Assembly (NCBI GenBank): GCA_049472315.1 | Contig: JBLIRN010000005.1 | Location: 1 to 64,000, forward strand | Source: a bacterium | Lineage (GTDB): Bacteria; SZUA-182; DTGQ01; JAFGSM01 | Reading direction: 5' to 3' | DNA: 64,000 nucleotides | Shown here: positions 49,034 to 58,337 of the stretch, in pieces | Layout of the letters: each line of letters begins with the position of its first letter | Position numbering within the stretch: the first letter of the stretch is position 1 | Position numbers and translations under genes: made by a program | Notes under the pieces: generated by a model | The model's database searches: none | What the model was told of the DNA's origin: nothing | The model's input: only the letters and a program-made list of their open reading frames with translations

Positions 49034-52000
49034 TGCCCGACACGTATCACCCCTATCCGTTTCCACCCTTCAAGGCCATCGAGCAGGGGGCGCCCCTGGT
49101 CAAGATGGAGGGATTGAAGGGACCGGGTGCAGCCCTGCTCCTTGCGCTGTTGCATGCGAGGGTCTCGAAAAATATCCTGTGCATCGCCCCAACCCCAAGC
49201 GAGGCAGAGCGATTCCTTGCAGATTTCCGGTTTTTCTCTTCGCATAACGTGTTTCATTATCCCACCAGGGAGATCCTCCCCTATGAGGAGCTCGAGCCCG
49301 ATCCGCTTTTGAAGGCCCAAAGGATCAGGGGGCTGCAGGCCCTTCTCTCCCAGGAGGGGGTGGTACTGGTGACCTGTGTGCGGGCGATCATGGACCGGGT
49401 GCTCCCCCGGCAGGCATTGGGACATGCCAGCGGCTACTATGGGATCGGAGAACCGGCGCCCAGGGAGAAGATCGTGCGGGAGCTGCTGGAGGGGGGGTAT
49501 CGTTCCGTTCCCCTGGTTGAGGAGCCGGGCGAGATGAGCGTGAGGGGAGCGATCCTCGACCTGTTTCCCCCCGACTGGGACCATGGGTGCAGACTCGAGT
49601 ACTTCGGGGATGTGATCGAATCCATCCGCCGGTTCGATCCTCAGACCCAGCGTTCCCTGGATAGCCTCGAGGAGGTGGTGATCCTGCCGGTGAGGGAGGC
49701 CCTCCTCACCCGGGACCGGGCCCAGAGAATGGTCCGCCGGCTGGATGATGCATTCAAGGATTCCGCACTCTACCGCACCCACCTCGACCTCATACGCGAG
49801 CGGGTCGAGCAACTCGATGCGTTCGCCGGGATCGAGTTTTATCTTCCCTATCTCTACCAGCACGTGGAGACTATCTTCTCCTACCTCACCCAGAAGGGGA
49901 TGGTATGCCTCATCGACCATGACAAGGTGATGGAGGAGGCACACACCTACGAGGAGGAGATCAGGGAGCGCTATCATAAGGCGAAACTCCGCAACATCCC
50001 CTATCCCGCTCCGGAGGAGGTCTTTATGCCTGCGGATGAGCTCGGGGAGCGCCTGGAGTCATACCAGCGGCTCCTCTTCTTCCCCCTCAAGGGGCTGGAG
50101 CGTGGAGGTATGGTGTTCCCTTATGACCAGCAGGAATCCCGGGCGATACTCCTCAAGGAGCGCGGGGCGATCCACAAGAAAGGGGTGTTCGCCACCATTG
50201 TCCGGCGTCTCAAGGCCTGGCAGCAGGCGAAGAAGCGGGTGGTCATCACCTGCCTGAGCGAGGGCCAGGCGGAGCGGTTGCGCGAGATGCTCGACGAACA
50301 TGAGATGAGCGCGCGCATTCTCACCCGATTCCCCTTGGAGGAACTGGAGGGAAGGCCGTACGGGCAGGTTCCCGTCACCATCTGCCTGGGTGACCTCTCC
50401 ATGGGCGTGCTGCTCGATTTCATCGACCTGGTGTTCATCACCGATGAAGAGATATTCGGGGAGAAGGTGAGGGTGCCCACCCTGAAGATCAAGCACCGGG
50501 CCAAGCTCATCTCCAGCTTCACCGATCTCAAGGTCGACGACTACGTGGTCCATATGGAGCATGGCATCGCCCTGTACAAGGGGTTGAAGAAGCTCAAGGT
50601 GGACGGCATGATCAGGGATTTTCTCCTCCTCCACTTCAAGGATGGGGATAAGCTCTACTGCCCGCCGGAGAACCTGGACCTCATCCAGAGATATACCGGG
50701 TCAGGTGATTCCTCGCCCCAGTTGGACAAGCTGGGGGGGAAGCACTGGGTGCAGGTCAAGGCCAAGGTGAAGAAGTCCATCCTGGAGATGGCCCTCGATC
50801 TGCTTCGCCTCTACGCCGCCAGGGAGATGGCATCGGGGCAGGCGTTTTCATCCGATGACAACTGGCAGCGAGAGTTCGAGGCCACCTTTGAGTATGAGGA
50901 GACCCCCGATCAGATGAGGGCGATCCGCGAGGTAAAGAGGGACATGGAGCGGACCAGACCCATGGACCGGCTGGTATGCGGGGATGTGGGATACGGGAAG
51001 ACGGAGGTGGCCATGCGGGCCGCGTTCAAGGCGGTGATGGGAGGAAGACAGGTGGCCATGCTCGCCCCCACCACCGTACTCGCGCAGCAGCATTTTCAGA
51101 AGTTCTCCGGCCGTATGGCCCCCTATCCCATACGGGTGGAGATGCTGAGCCGGTTCGTGGAACCGAAGAAACAGAAGGTGATCCTGGAGGCGATCGAACA
51201 TGGCGAGGTGGACATCGTCATCGGGACCCACCGTCTCCTGCAGAAGGACATCCGGTTCAAGGACCTCGGCCTCATGATCATCGACGAGGAGCAGCGATTC
51301 GGCGTGCGGCACAAGGAGCGTCTGAAGGAGATCAGGAGGGAGGTGGATTGCCTCACCCTGACCGCGACCCCCATCCCCCGCACCCTCCACATGTCCATGG
51401 TCGGGATACGGGACATGAGCGTCATCGACACCCCCCCGGAGAATCGACTTCCCATAACCACCTATCTCACCCATTTCGATCCCGAGCTTATAGCCGAGGC
51501 GTGCCAGAGGGAACTGGACAGGGGGGGCCAGGTGTTCTTCGTGTACAACCGGGTGGAGGGGATCGAGGAGATGGCGAATTTCGTGCAGCAACTCCTTCCC
51601 CATGCGCGGGTCGCCATCGGGCACGGTCAGATGCAGGAAAAGGAATTGGAGCGGGTGATGATGGATTTTGTCCACCGCAAATACGACATCCTGGTGTGCA
51701 CCACCATCATCGAATCGGGCCTGGACATCCCCACGGTGAATACCATCATCATCCAACAGGCAGAGCGTTTCGGCCTGGCCCAGCTTTACCAGTTGCGTGG
51801 CAGGGTCGGGCGGTCCAGCCACCGCGCATACGCCTATCTCCTGATACCCTCCACCGCATCACTCACCGATGACGCAAAAAAGCGCCTCGCCGCCATACAG
51901 GAGCTCACCGAGTTGGGTTCGGGATTCCGCCTGGCAGCCAGGGACCTGGAGATACGGGGGGCGGGAAACCTGCTGGGCTCGAAACAGCACGGGCACATCA

Positions 52001-52569
52001 CCGCGGTGGGATTCGATCTGTACTGCGATCTCATCAGGGAGACCATGGCGGAGCTGAAGGGTGAAACCGTTCCCAAGACCGGGAAGATCGAGATCAATCT
52101 GCACCTGGAGGCATACCTGCCGGAGGAATATATCCCGGATGTCAACCAGCGACTGAACGTGTACAAGCGGGCATCATTGATCGGGGAGATCGAGGACATA
52201 GCGGTCCTGAGCGAGGAGTTGAAGGACCGATACGGGCCCCTTCCAGAGCCCGCCGGGCAGCTTCTGAGGGTCATCGAGGTCAAGATCATGGCCCGGGACC
52301 TGGGGATCGAAAAGATCGACCGTCATGCAGAGCGGGTCAGGTTCACCTTCTCCACCGATACCCCGGTCAGCCCGGAAAACCTCCTGCGCCTTGTCATGAA
52401 AAAAGGGGAGCGGTTCAGGCTGATTCCGCCCGGTACCCTCGAAATGAGGCTCGACGATACCAGCCCGCCATCCCGTATCTTCGACGAGATAAAGGCCTTT
52501 CTGGGCTCCCTTCCGAAGGATGATGCGCAGCGGGCGGCACACGCGCCCATCGGTGAGATCCATCCGTAG
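49033..52569 (+). CDS. mfd: Transcription-repair coupling factor
   Basis: UvrB-homology module, CarD-like RID, GDVGYGKT, DEEQRFG, QLRGRVGR and TRCF C-terminal domain. Confidence 0.97.
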   Translation: MPDTYHPYPFPPFKAIEQGAPLVKMEGLKGPGAALLLALLHARVSKNILCIAPTPSEAERFLADFRFFSSHNVFHYPTREILPYEELEPDPLLKAQRIRGLQALLSQEGVVLVTCVRAIMDRVLPRQALGHASGYYGIGEPAPREKIVRELLEGGYRSVPLVEEPGEMSVRGAILDLFPPDWDHGCRLEYFGDVIESIRRFDPQTQRSLDSLEEVVILPVREALLTRDRAQRMVRRLDDAFKDSALYRTHLDLIRERVEQLDAFAGIEFYLPYLYQHVETIFSYLTQKGMVCLIDHDKVMEEAHTYEEEIRERYHKAKLRNIPYPAPEEVFMPADELGERLESYQRLLFFPLKGLERGGMVFPYDQQESRAILLKERGAIHKKGVFATIVRRLKAWQQAKKRVVITCLSEGQAERLREMLDEHEMSARILTRFPLEELEGRPYGQVPVTICLGDLSMGVLLDFIDLVFITDEEIFGEKVRVPTLKIKHRAKLISSFTDLKVDDYVVHMEHGIALYKGLKKLKVDGMIRDFLLLHFKDGDKLYCPPENLDLIQRYTGSGDSSPQLDKLGGKHWVQVKAKVKKSILEMALDLLRLYAAREMASGQAFSSDDNWQREFEATFEYEETPDQMRAIREVKRDMERTRPMDRLVCGDVGYGKTEVAMRAAFKAVMGGRQVAMLAPTTVLAQQHFQKFSGRMAPYPIRVEMLSRFVEPKKQKVILEAIEHGEVDIVIGTHRLLQKDIRFKDLGLMIIDEEQRFGVRHKERLKEIRREVDCLTLTATPIPRTLHMSMVGIRDMSVIDTPPENRLPITTYLTHFDPELIAEACQRELDRGGQVFFVYNRVEGIEEMANFVQQLLPHARVAIGHGQMQEKELERVMMDFVHRKYDILVCTTIIESGLDIPTVNTIIIQQAERFGLAQLYQLRGRVGRSSHRAYAYLLIPSTASLTDDAKKRLAAIQELTELGSGFRLAARDLEIRGAGNLLGSKQHGHITAVGFDLYCDLIRETMAELKGETVPKTGKIEINLHLEAYLPEEYIPDVNQRLNVYKRASLIGEIEDIAVLSEELKDRYGPLPEPAGQLLRVIEVKIMARDLGIEKIDRHAERVRFTFSTDTPVSPENLLRLVMKKGERFRLIPPGTLEMRLDDTSPPSRIFDEIKAFLGSLPKDDAQRAAHAPIGEIHP

Positions 52570-52660
52570 ACTGCCGCTGTCGCCGGGCTCGCGATTGTCC
52601 GATTACGCTCTCCGACGTAGTCGGGCCGGGAGTGTGGGCAGATATATTTACTTCCCTTGC

Positions 52661-53191
52661 TCAGTGAGGGGCGACGATGATGGAGACGCCCTCCTCGGGT
52701 ATCTTGAACGTGGTGGTGATCATGCTGCGTAACTGCTCGACCGCCTCTTCCTCGGATGAGAATGCGGCTCCCCACTTGTCGAATCCGTCGCGGCCGAGGA
52801 TAATGGACACCGATGCGGTCTGGCTCGCGTTCACCTCGGATTCGAAGTCGGGTGAAAAGAAGTTCACGTCGAGATGGGTGACCACGGTATTTCTCCCGAT
52901 GGGGGTGGTGAGCCGCTCCAGGAGTTGCGCGATCTTGGTGTTGTAGTCCTGCTCTACGGAGTGGACCAGTGCCCTCTTCCGCTCCATCAGCTCGGGGGAG
53001 AGCGCCTTGTCGATGATCTCCATCCGCTTCAGGCCCACATCGCGATCCTCCTTGTTGATCCCGATGTCCATCTCGATCTTCTTCTCCTTCCTGGTCACGG
53101 CCTCATCGGCTGCATTGGCTGAATGGGAAAGTCCGATGGGCAGGATAAGGAGAAGGGTGAGGAACACCGTCACTATTCCCTTTGCGTTCAT
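52661..53191 (-). CDS. Secreted hypothetical protein
   Basis: Signal peptide and RBS AAGGAGG. Confidence 0.75.
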   Translation of the reverse strand: MNAKGIVTVFLTLLLILPIGLSHSANAADEAVTRKEKKIEMDIGINKEDRDVGLKRMEIIDKALSPELMERKRALVHSVEQDYNTKIAQLLERLTTPIGRNTVVTHLDVNFFSPDFESEVNASQTASVSIILGRDGFDKWGAAFSSEEEAVEQLRSMITTTFKIPEEGVSIIVAPH

Positions 53192-53418
53192 GGATGCCTC
53201 CTTGTTGTGAGGATGATGATACAGGTAATCATGCCATGACGAATGTATATCATCGCCGGTGCCCGTGTCAATCCGACGATGTCGATTTTGACTGTGTATT
53301 GTCGCATACAGACATGCCTGCCCAATGAAGGTTCAAAATCGGAATTGCTGCAGTAAATGGCGGTGACGGCATCTCCCGGTGCAATGTAGGCAGCTCTTCA
53401 ACAGCTATTCCGATGATC

Positions 53419-55146
53419 TCATGGGCTCCCGCATAGGCAATCCCTGATGATCCTGAGCAGTTTGAATCGCCTGCCCAGGATACGCCACTTGATCTCATCG
53501 GCGTCACAGATGGTGGAGGAGGAGAATGCATCCATATCCCGTTTCAGCTCCATGAGACGGGACCTCCTCGTTTCACCGGGAGGGACCTCACTGAGGACGC
53601 GATCGATCCGGGCGTTGAGGTCGATGGCTGCCCTGATGCGCCGGTCGGTGCACTCTCCGATCTCCTGGCTGACCTGCCCGTATTTCATCTTCAGGAGGTT
53701 GAGCCTCCTTCCCGCCTCATAGGTCGCGTCCACGATCCGGTCGCGGTTCATCCACTTTGTCTCGTAGGAGAGGATATATTTCCATGAGGGCTGCAGGAGT
53801 GCCTGCCGATGCTCCTCCAGTGTCCGGCAGAAGAGGGTGTAGCCGTATTTCTCGGGCTGGTCCCACACCAGGGAGGAGGGATCGATGAAGGGGGCAAGGG
53901 GGGAGATGAAGGGCATCAGGCGGGCGCCGAAGCGGCTCATCAGCATCTCGCAGTAATCGATCGTCCCCATGACGGAATCGTAGTCCTGGCCGGGTATGCC
54001 GGTCATGAAATAGAGGTCGAATTTTTTCGCCCCGTAGGAGAGGGCCCATTCGATATTCCGCTCCATGTCGGTGTTCGTGTAGTGCTTTCCCGCAAGGTGC
54101 CGGACGGACTCGTCGTGTGATTCGGGCGACATCTCGAAGTTCAGGTTCCGGCAGGCATCCGAGGCCTGACGAAAGAAGGACTCCGGTGCGCAGGTGAACA
54201 GCTCGAGCACGATGTCGTTTTGGGGCGCAAGCGACTTGAGCCCCTCCAGCACCGCCTCCGCGTATTCCCTGCCTGCCTGGTTCAGGTCCCCGATCAGGAA
54301 GATGGGGGCGTCCGTGTACGAGGCCATGGTCCTCACATCCTGCACCACCCGCTCGGGAGAGCGGTAGGAGGGCTGCCCGCGCTTGCACAGGGTGCGCATG
54401 GCGTGGTTCGATCCCCCGCAGATGGCGCAATTCTGCGTGCATCCCCGAACGGTCATGATGGCGGTGATCGGATACTCCCACCAGCCGGTGAAGGGGATCT
54501 GGGATTTTATGTCCATGTATTTCAGGGCCATGCGAAACATGCAGGGGTAATCGTTATAAAAGGTATCGGCCGCGTCCGGAGGGGAGACGATGGCATTGGC
54601 GTGAACGCCCCCTGCATCGTCCCTGAAGGAGAGATTGGGGATGTGAAGGATGGGCCTGCCTTCCTTCAGACAGCGCATGAACTCGAGCACGCTCCCCTCG
54701 GTGGTGTCCCCCCTGAACACGAAGTCGACCTGTGGATAGCGGGAGAGGATCTCCTCGTGGAAGAAGGTTGCGGAATACCCCCCCATGATCACCGGGGTGT
54801 CGGGGTGGAGTTCCTTGCACATCCCGGCGATCTCGATTGCACCGTGGGCATGGGGAAGCCAGTGGAGATCGATGCCGAATGCCCTGGGACGGAGACGGCG
54901 GATGACCTTCCTGCAGTCATACCGTGGATCGGTGAGCATGCGATAGGCGAGATTGATCACCCTGGTCTCGAATCCGTGCCGTGCAAGGTGCCCGGCTATG
55001 GAGTTGAAACCCACCGGATACATCTCGAAGACAAAGGAGGAGGGCACCACATCCGATATCGGCCCCCAGAAGATCGGCTCCGTGCGGAAATCATACACTG
55101 TGGGGGGATGCAGGAGGACAAGATCGGGATTTCGGAAAAGGCCCAT
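53419..55146 (-). CDS. B12-binding/radical SAM protein (TIGR04190-like)
   Basis: DLVLLHPPTVYDFR...FEMYPVGF, GIDLHWLPHAHG and RGCTQNCAICGGS. RBS AAGGAGG. Confidence 0.88.
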   Translation of the reverse strand: MGLFRNPDLVLLHPPTVYDFRTEPIFWGPISDVVPSSFVFEMYPVGFNSIAGHLARHGFETRVINLAYRMLTDPRYDCRKVIRRLRPRAFGIDLHWLPHAHGAIEIAGMCKELHPDTPVIMGGYSATFFHEEILSRYPQVDFVFRGDTTEGSVLEFMRCLKEGRPILHIPNLSFRDDAGGVHANAIVSPPDAADTFYNDYPCMFRMALKYMDIKSQIPFTGWWEYPITAIMTVRGCTQNCAICGGSNHAMRTLCKRGQPSYRSPERVVQDVRTMASYTDAPIFLIGDLNQAGREYAEAVLEGLKSLAPQNDIVLELFTCAPESFFRQASDACRNLNFEMSPESHDESVRHLAGKHYTNTDMERNIEWALSYGAKKFDLYFMTGIPGQDYDSVMGTIDYCEMLMSRFGARLMPFISPLAPFIDPSSLVWDQPEKYGYTLFCRTLEEHRQALLQPSWKYILSYETKWMNRDRIVDATYEAGRRLNLLKMKYGQVSQEIGECTDRRIRAAIDLNARIDRVLSEVPPGETRRSRLMELKRDMDAFSSSTICDADEIKWRILGRRFKLLRIIRDCLCGSP

Positions 55147-55413
55147 GTGCCGCCTCCTTTGTGTATGGTCGAAAATTCATCCCTCATCCGGGGCAGGGTG
55201 CGCACCCGGATGTCGAATATGCATGATGAAACCTTCTGCTGTTCTTTATCCTACGGGGAAGGCGGTGCGCCTTTTGTTTCGGCTTGCTTGCGCACAGGCT
55301 CAACTCCCTTCCACCTACAATGTCGCATTTCTAAGGATCTGCCGGGCAGCGGCATTGGATCCCATACAAGGATCATGCACTTATACCATATTGGGGGGTC
55401 CTTCTCAATTAAC

Positions 55414-55508
55414 AACCACCCCTAAAAAGGGTGGTTTAAATAAAGATGTTACCCCTTAAAGGGGTGTAAATTATTTTTCAATAGGTAATCCACCACTAAA
55501 AGTGGTGG
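55414..55508. mobile_element. Three related hairpins resembling IS200/IS605-family end or REP structures, no transposase
   Basis: AACCACCC-CTAAAAA-GGGTGGTT, ACCCCT-TAA-AGGGGT and CCACCACT-AAA-AGTGGTGG in an AT-rich patch. Confidence 0.55.
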
Positions 55509-55667
55509 TTTTTACAGTTAATAAAGGTGTGGTGAACATGCCGCCCAGTGAAAGGCCGAGTTGCCTGTATAGATTGGAGACAGGTGCCCCGGTGTGAAAC
55601 GGGGAGGGTAGGTGAACGCCGCCGGATGCCCGTATTTCAGCGCACAGCGAACAGGCCGGCCGCGGCC

Positions 55668-56051
55668 TCAGAACAGGGAGCGGATCTTGTGTAATGCATA
55701 GACCGGCTTGAGGGCCTTGACCCCGGTGTGCGCATATTCCTTGAGGCGTGATGTCCATGAGGGAAGGGCTGGGGGGCTGATAATGGGGATCATACCCTTG
55801 TTTTCACCTTTTTTGTGGTACCAGGACATGATGACCCGGACGAAATTCCTGGCTGCGCAGTATGCTATCCGTATAGCAAGGAGTATAAGGTAGAAGATCC
55901 CATAGTAGAAGGTGAGGGTGAGGAGCTCTGACGGGCGTCTCAAGACCACATGGAATGTGTTGCTCTCTACGAGGGCGAGCGCGATGAAGAGCCCCATGGC
56001 GAGGAGCAGAAATTCCCTGTAGAATAGCTCCTTCCGTTTCGAATACATCAT
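55668..56051 (-). CDS. Small 2-TM membrane protein
   Basis: Two hydrophobic helices, RBS GAAGGGAG, downstream of a sigma54 promoter. Confidence 0.65.
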   Translation of the reverse strand: MMYSKRKELFYREFLLLAMGLFIALALVESNTFHVVLRRPSELLTLTFYYGIFYLILLAIRIAYCAARNFVRVIMSWYHKKGENKGMIPIISPPALPSWTSRLKEYAHTGVKALKPVYALHKIRSLF

Positions 56052-56163
56052 TGGTTGTCTCCCTTCCCGGTATTGCCTTGTTCGCTTCGCCTGTCCGTAG
56101 TTGTACTGACAATGCACCGTACATATTTCATTATTTCAAATCTTTTAAAATTAATCTTATAAA

Positions 56164-56178
56164 GCAATGGGTGTGCCA
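56164..56178 (-). promoter_or_regulatory. Sigma54 (-24/-12) promoter
   Basis: The minus strand reads TGGCAC-ACCCA-TTGC. Confidence 0.85.
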
Positions 56179-56264
56179 TGGGAGAAAGAGGAATGAACGG
56201 CTTTAAAAACAGCTAATTAGTATAATTGTAAAGCAGGTGTGCGCAGTGGCACCGTGTGGACTTG

Positions 56265-56288
56265 GCACTATTTGACGTCAAAGAGTGC
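56265..56288. promoter_or_regulatory. 24-bp palindrome, candidate enhancer/UAS
   Basis: GCACT-A-TTTGACGTCAAA-G-AGTGC, about 90 bp upstream of the -24 box. Confidence 0.55.
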
Positions 56289-56386
56289 TAAGATTACAAA
56301 AGGCTCTGACCAGTGCGGTTAGTTTCATTCCGTGGTGAAATTCTGGACATTTCCAGGGGACTGATTTCAGGGATCATTTTGATGAG

Positions 56387-57103
56387 TTATGTCTTACTCT
56401 TTGAGTTTACAGAAACATAAAGGTAGATTTCAGGCTGCTGTTCTGTTCCATTTATTCGCTCAACGCTCCCGGTGACCATATAGCCAGCCCCAAACCACTT
56501 ATGGAATGATTCCGTTAAACCACGACAGACATAACCAGCACGAGATCCATTGATAATAATCTTTATGGCCTTCGGATCAGCGGGATTTTCCGGCTCGGCT
56601 TGAAAAATGGCCTGTTGCTCCGGCTTGATACCTGCGAAAGGCAGATGCTCCATATAGTAATGGTAACCCTGAATTTGCAGCAAGAACTCAAAGGGTGGGA
56701 CTCCATTCTCAAACGTGTGGATAACCGTAAAATCATCATCAGGCAGTCTTGCACCAGAGTAACCCAATAGGGCAAAATCGGAGATCTGTTCATCAGGCTT
56801 TATCCGAAGTGCGCCAAGGTATTTAACAAAGTCTCCCCTCTGCCTTGGAGGAAGCCGCTTCATAAACGCGGAAAGAATCCTTTCGTATTTTGCATGGTCT
56901 GTCTTAAAGCAGGGATATTCATCAAAACCAAAGGACTTGGCCTTTTTGAAATCTTCAGCATCAAGTAAATAGACAAGATCTGCGTCTTCGCCATTGCGAA
57001 TGAGCTCTGCAACAATCATCCTGCCGCGGTCTTTCCCTGGCTGAGCTGTCTGCCAGGAGAGCAAAAGCCTTTCTGGTTCAACTATATGTTCAATATACCT
57101 CAT
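56387..57103 (-). CDS. HipA-coupled N-terminal domain + HIRAN domain protein
   Basis: LLLSWQ...VAEL, RLPPRQRGDF and LLGYSGARLPDD; HIRAN GYHYY...EPENPADPKAI...GYV. Confidence 0.85.
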   Translation of the reverse strand: MRYIEHIVEPERLLLSWQTAQPGKDRGRMIVAELIRNGEDADLVYLLDAEDFKKAKSFGFDEYPCFKTDHAKYERILSAFMKRLPPRQRGDFVKYLGALRIKPDEQISDFALLGYSGARLPDDDFTVIHTFENGVPPFEFLLQIQGYHYYMEHLPFAGIKPEQQAIFQAEPENPADPKAIKIIINGSRAGYVCRGLTESFHKWFGAGYMVTGSVERINGTEQQPEIYLYVSVNSKSKT

Positions 57104-58104
57104 AGACCTAACTTTTTCTCAAGCAATTCCTTACGCCTGAAGATAAGTTTCATCATAAAACAAAGCCTCTTATGGCTTAGACAATATGTGTTATCAGATA
57201 CGGCCTCTACAAGAGGGCTCATTACCTCTTCCACTTGTGGTCGGCTGAAGCTCAAGTGATTACTAATTAGAGACCTTGCATCAGGGAATTTCCTTACAAA
57301 CTTTAATATAAAGTCATAAAAGTTTACAGGAGTTTTTTCATTAAGAGCAAACTTCATATGATGTCTGGCATGCTTAGGATTAGTAAGGTATGATTCAAGC
57401 TTAACCTCATCATCATATTTGTCAATTTGCCCCTCTATTATCTCATAGCCCAGGGCTGTGCCATTGTCAAAAGCGGGTGAAAATAAAGTGGTCGAAGAGA
57501 AGAGGGATTTCCTTTTTGACCTTTTCATTTTGATTTTTGCGTCCTTAAGGATTATACCCCAGTTATCCTGATGACGGTCCGTATTACCCATTAGACAATC
57601 GAGAGTCAATACGCCTGACCAATGATCAATAAATTCAGGTAACTTACGGAAAATCCTTGCTATATCAGAAAAATTGTGCTGGGTGCCTCTTTGGCGATCA
57701 TATCCTTCGATAATGCCGACCATGAGCTGACCGCCTTCAATATACAAGTCTTTCTTGTCATCGTAGAACCATTCGATTAACGCCCCGTATGTGGCCTTTG
57801 GTTCATTATATCTATTGCTTAAGGCGATGTGTGAAGGGGGAACTTCAACTCCAATAATTAAGCCCAGTCTGTAAGCAATAATCTCACTCCAAAACTGCCA
57901 CGGGCACCAGGAGCGGGAGAGCTTAAAGAGATAGCGATAGTTTCCTTTCAGGCAGAGCTCGTCAGCAGATTCAGGTGAAAAGTAAGCGCTCTTATCCCTC
58001 GCCCCTTTTGGGTACACACCCTCATAGGTATCGTCTTGCCGCCAGTCATCAATTACTATGGGCTTATTGCATAATTTGGATTTAATATCCACGAATTGAC
58101 ACAT
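57100..58104 (-). CDS. HipA-like Ser/Thr kinase
   Basis: GARDK, YLFK, WSEIIAY, DCLMGNTDRHQDNWG and FSPAFDNGTALG. ATGA overlap with the HIRAN gene. Confidence 0.88.
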   Translation of the reverse strand: MCQFVDIKSKLCNKPIVIDDWRQDDTYEGVYPKGARDKSAYFSPESADELCLKGNYRYLFKLSRSWCPWQFWSEIIAYRLGLIIGVEVPPSHIALSNRYNEPKATYGALIEWFYDDKKDLYIEGGQLMVGIIEGYDRQRGTQHNFSDIARIFRKLPEFIDHWSGVLTLDCLMGNTDRHQDNWGIILKDAKIKMKRSKRKSLFSSTTLFSPAFDNGTALGYEIIEGQIDKYDDEVKLESYLTNPKHARHHMKFALNEKTPVNFYDFILKFVRKFPDARSLISNHLSFSRPQVEEVMSPLVEAVSDNTYCLSHKRLCFMMKLIFRRKELLEKKLGL

Positions 58105-58337
58105 TTCTTATATCAATATGTTCTGTAAGTACTTTTGATATAATAACATTGCATTAGCGAGGGGTCAAATCAATATGAGGCAAGGCCTAAGCATGTGAAA
58201 ATGTACGCTGGCATACGTCACGGCTCTGAAAGCCATGCAGTAAATAGGGGCCTGACCGTAAACCAGACCGGCATACTTATCGGGTCAAAGACAGCAATTC
58301 GATATGAGCACATTCTCGGATGTCGCTGTGCGGTTTG

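Noticed and set aside
53228..53242. TGGCAT-type sigma54 sites here and at ~20960 and ~44273
   Set aside because: No TTGC at the required spacing.
55578..55640. AGGTGCCCC...GGTGAA as a cobalamin riboswitch near the B12 enzyme
   Set aside because: Lacks the GGGAA and B12-box elements and is on the wrong strand for the 55146 gene.
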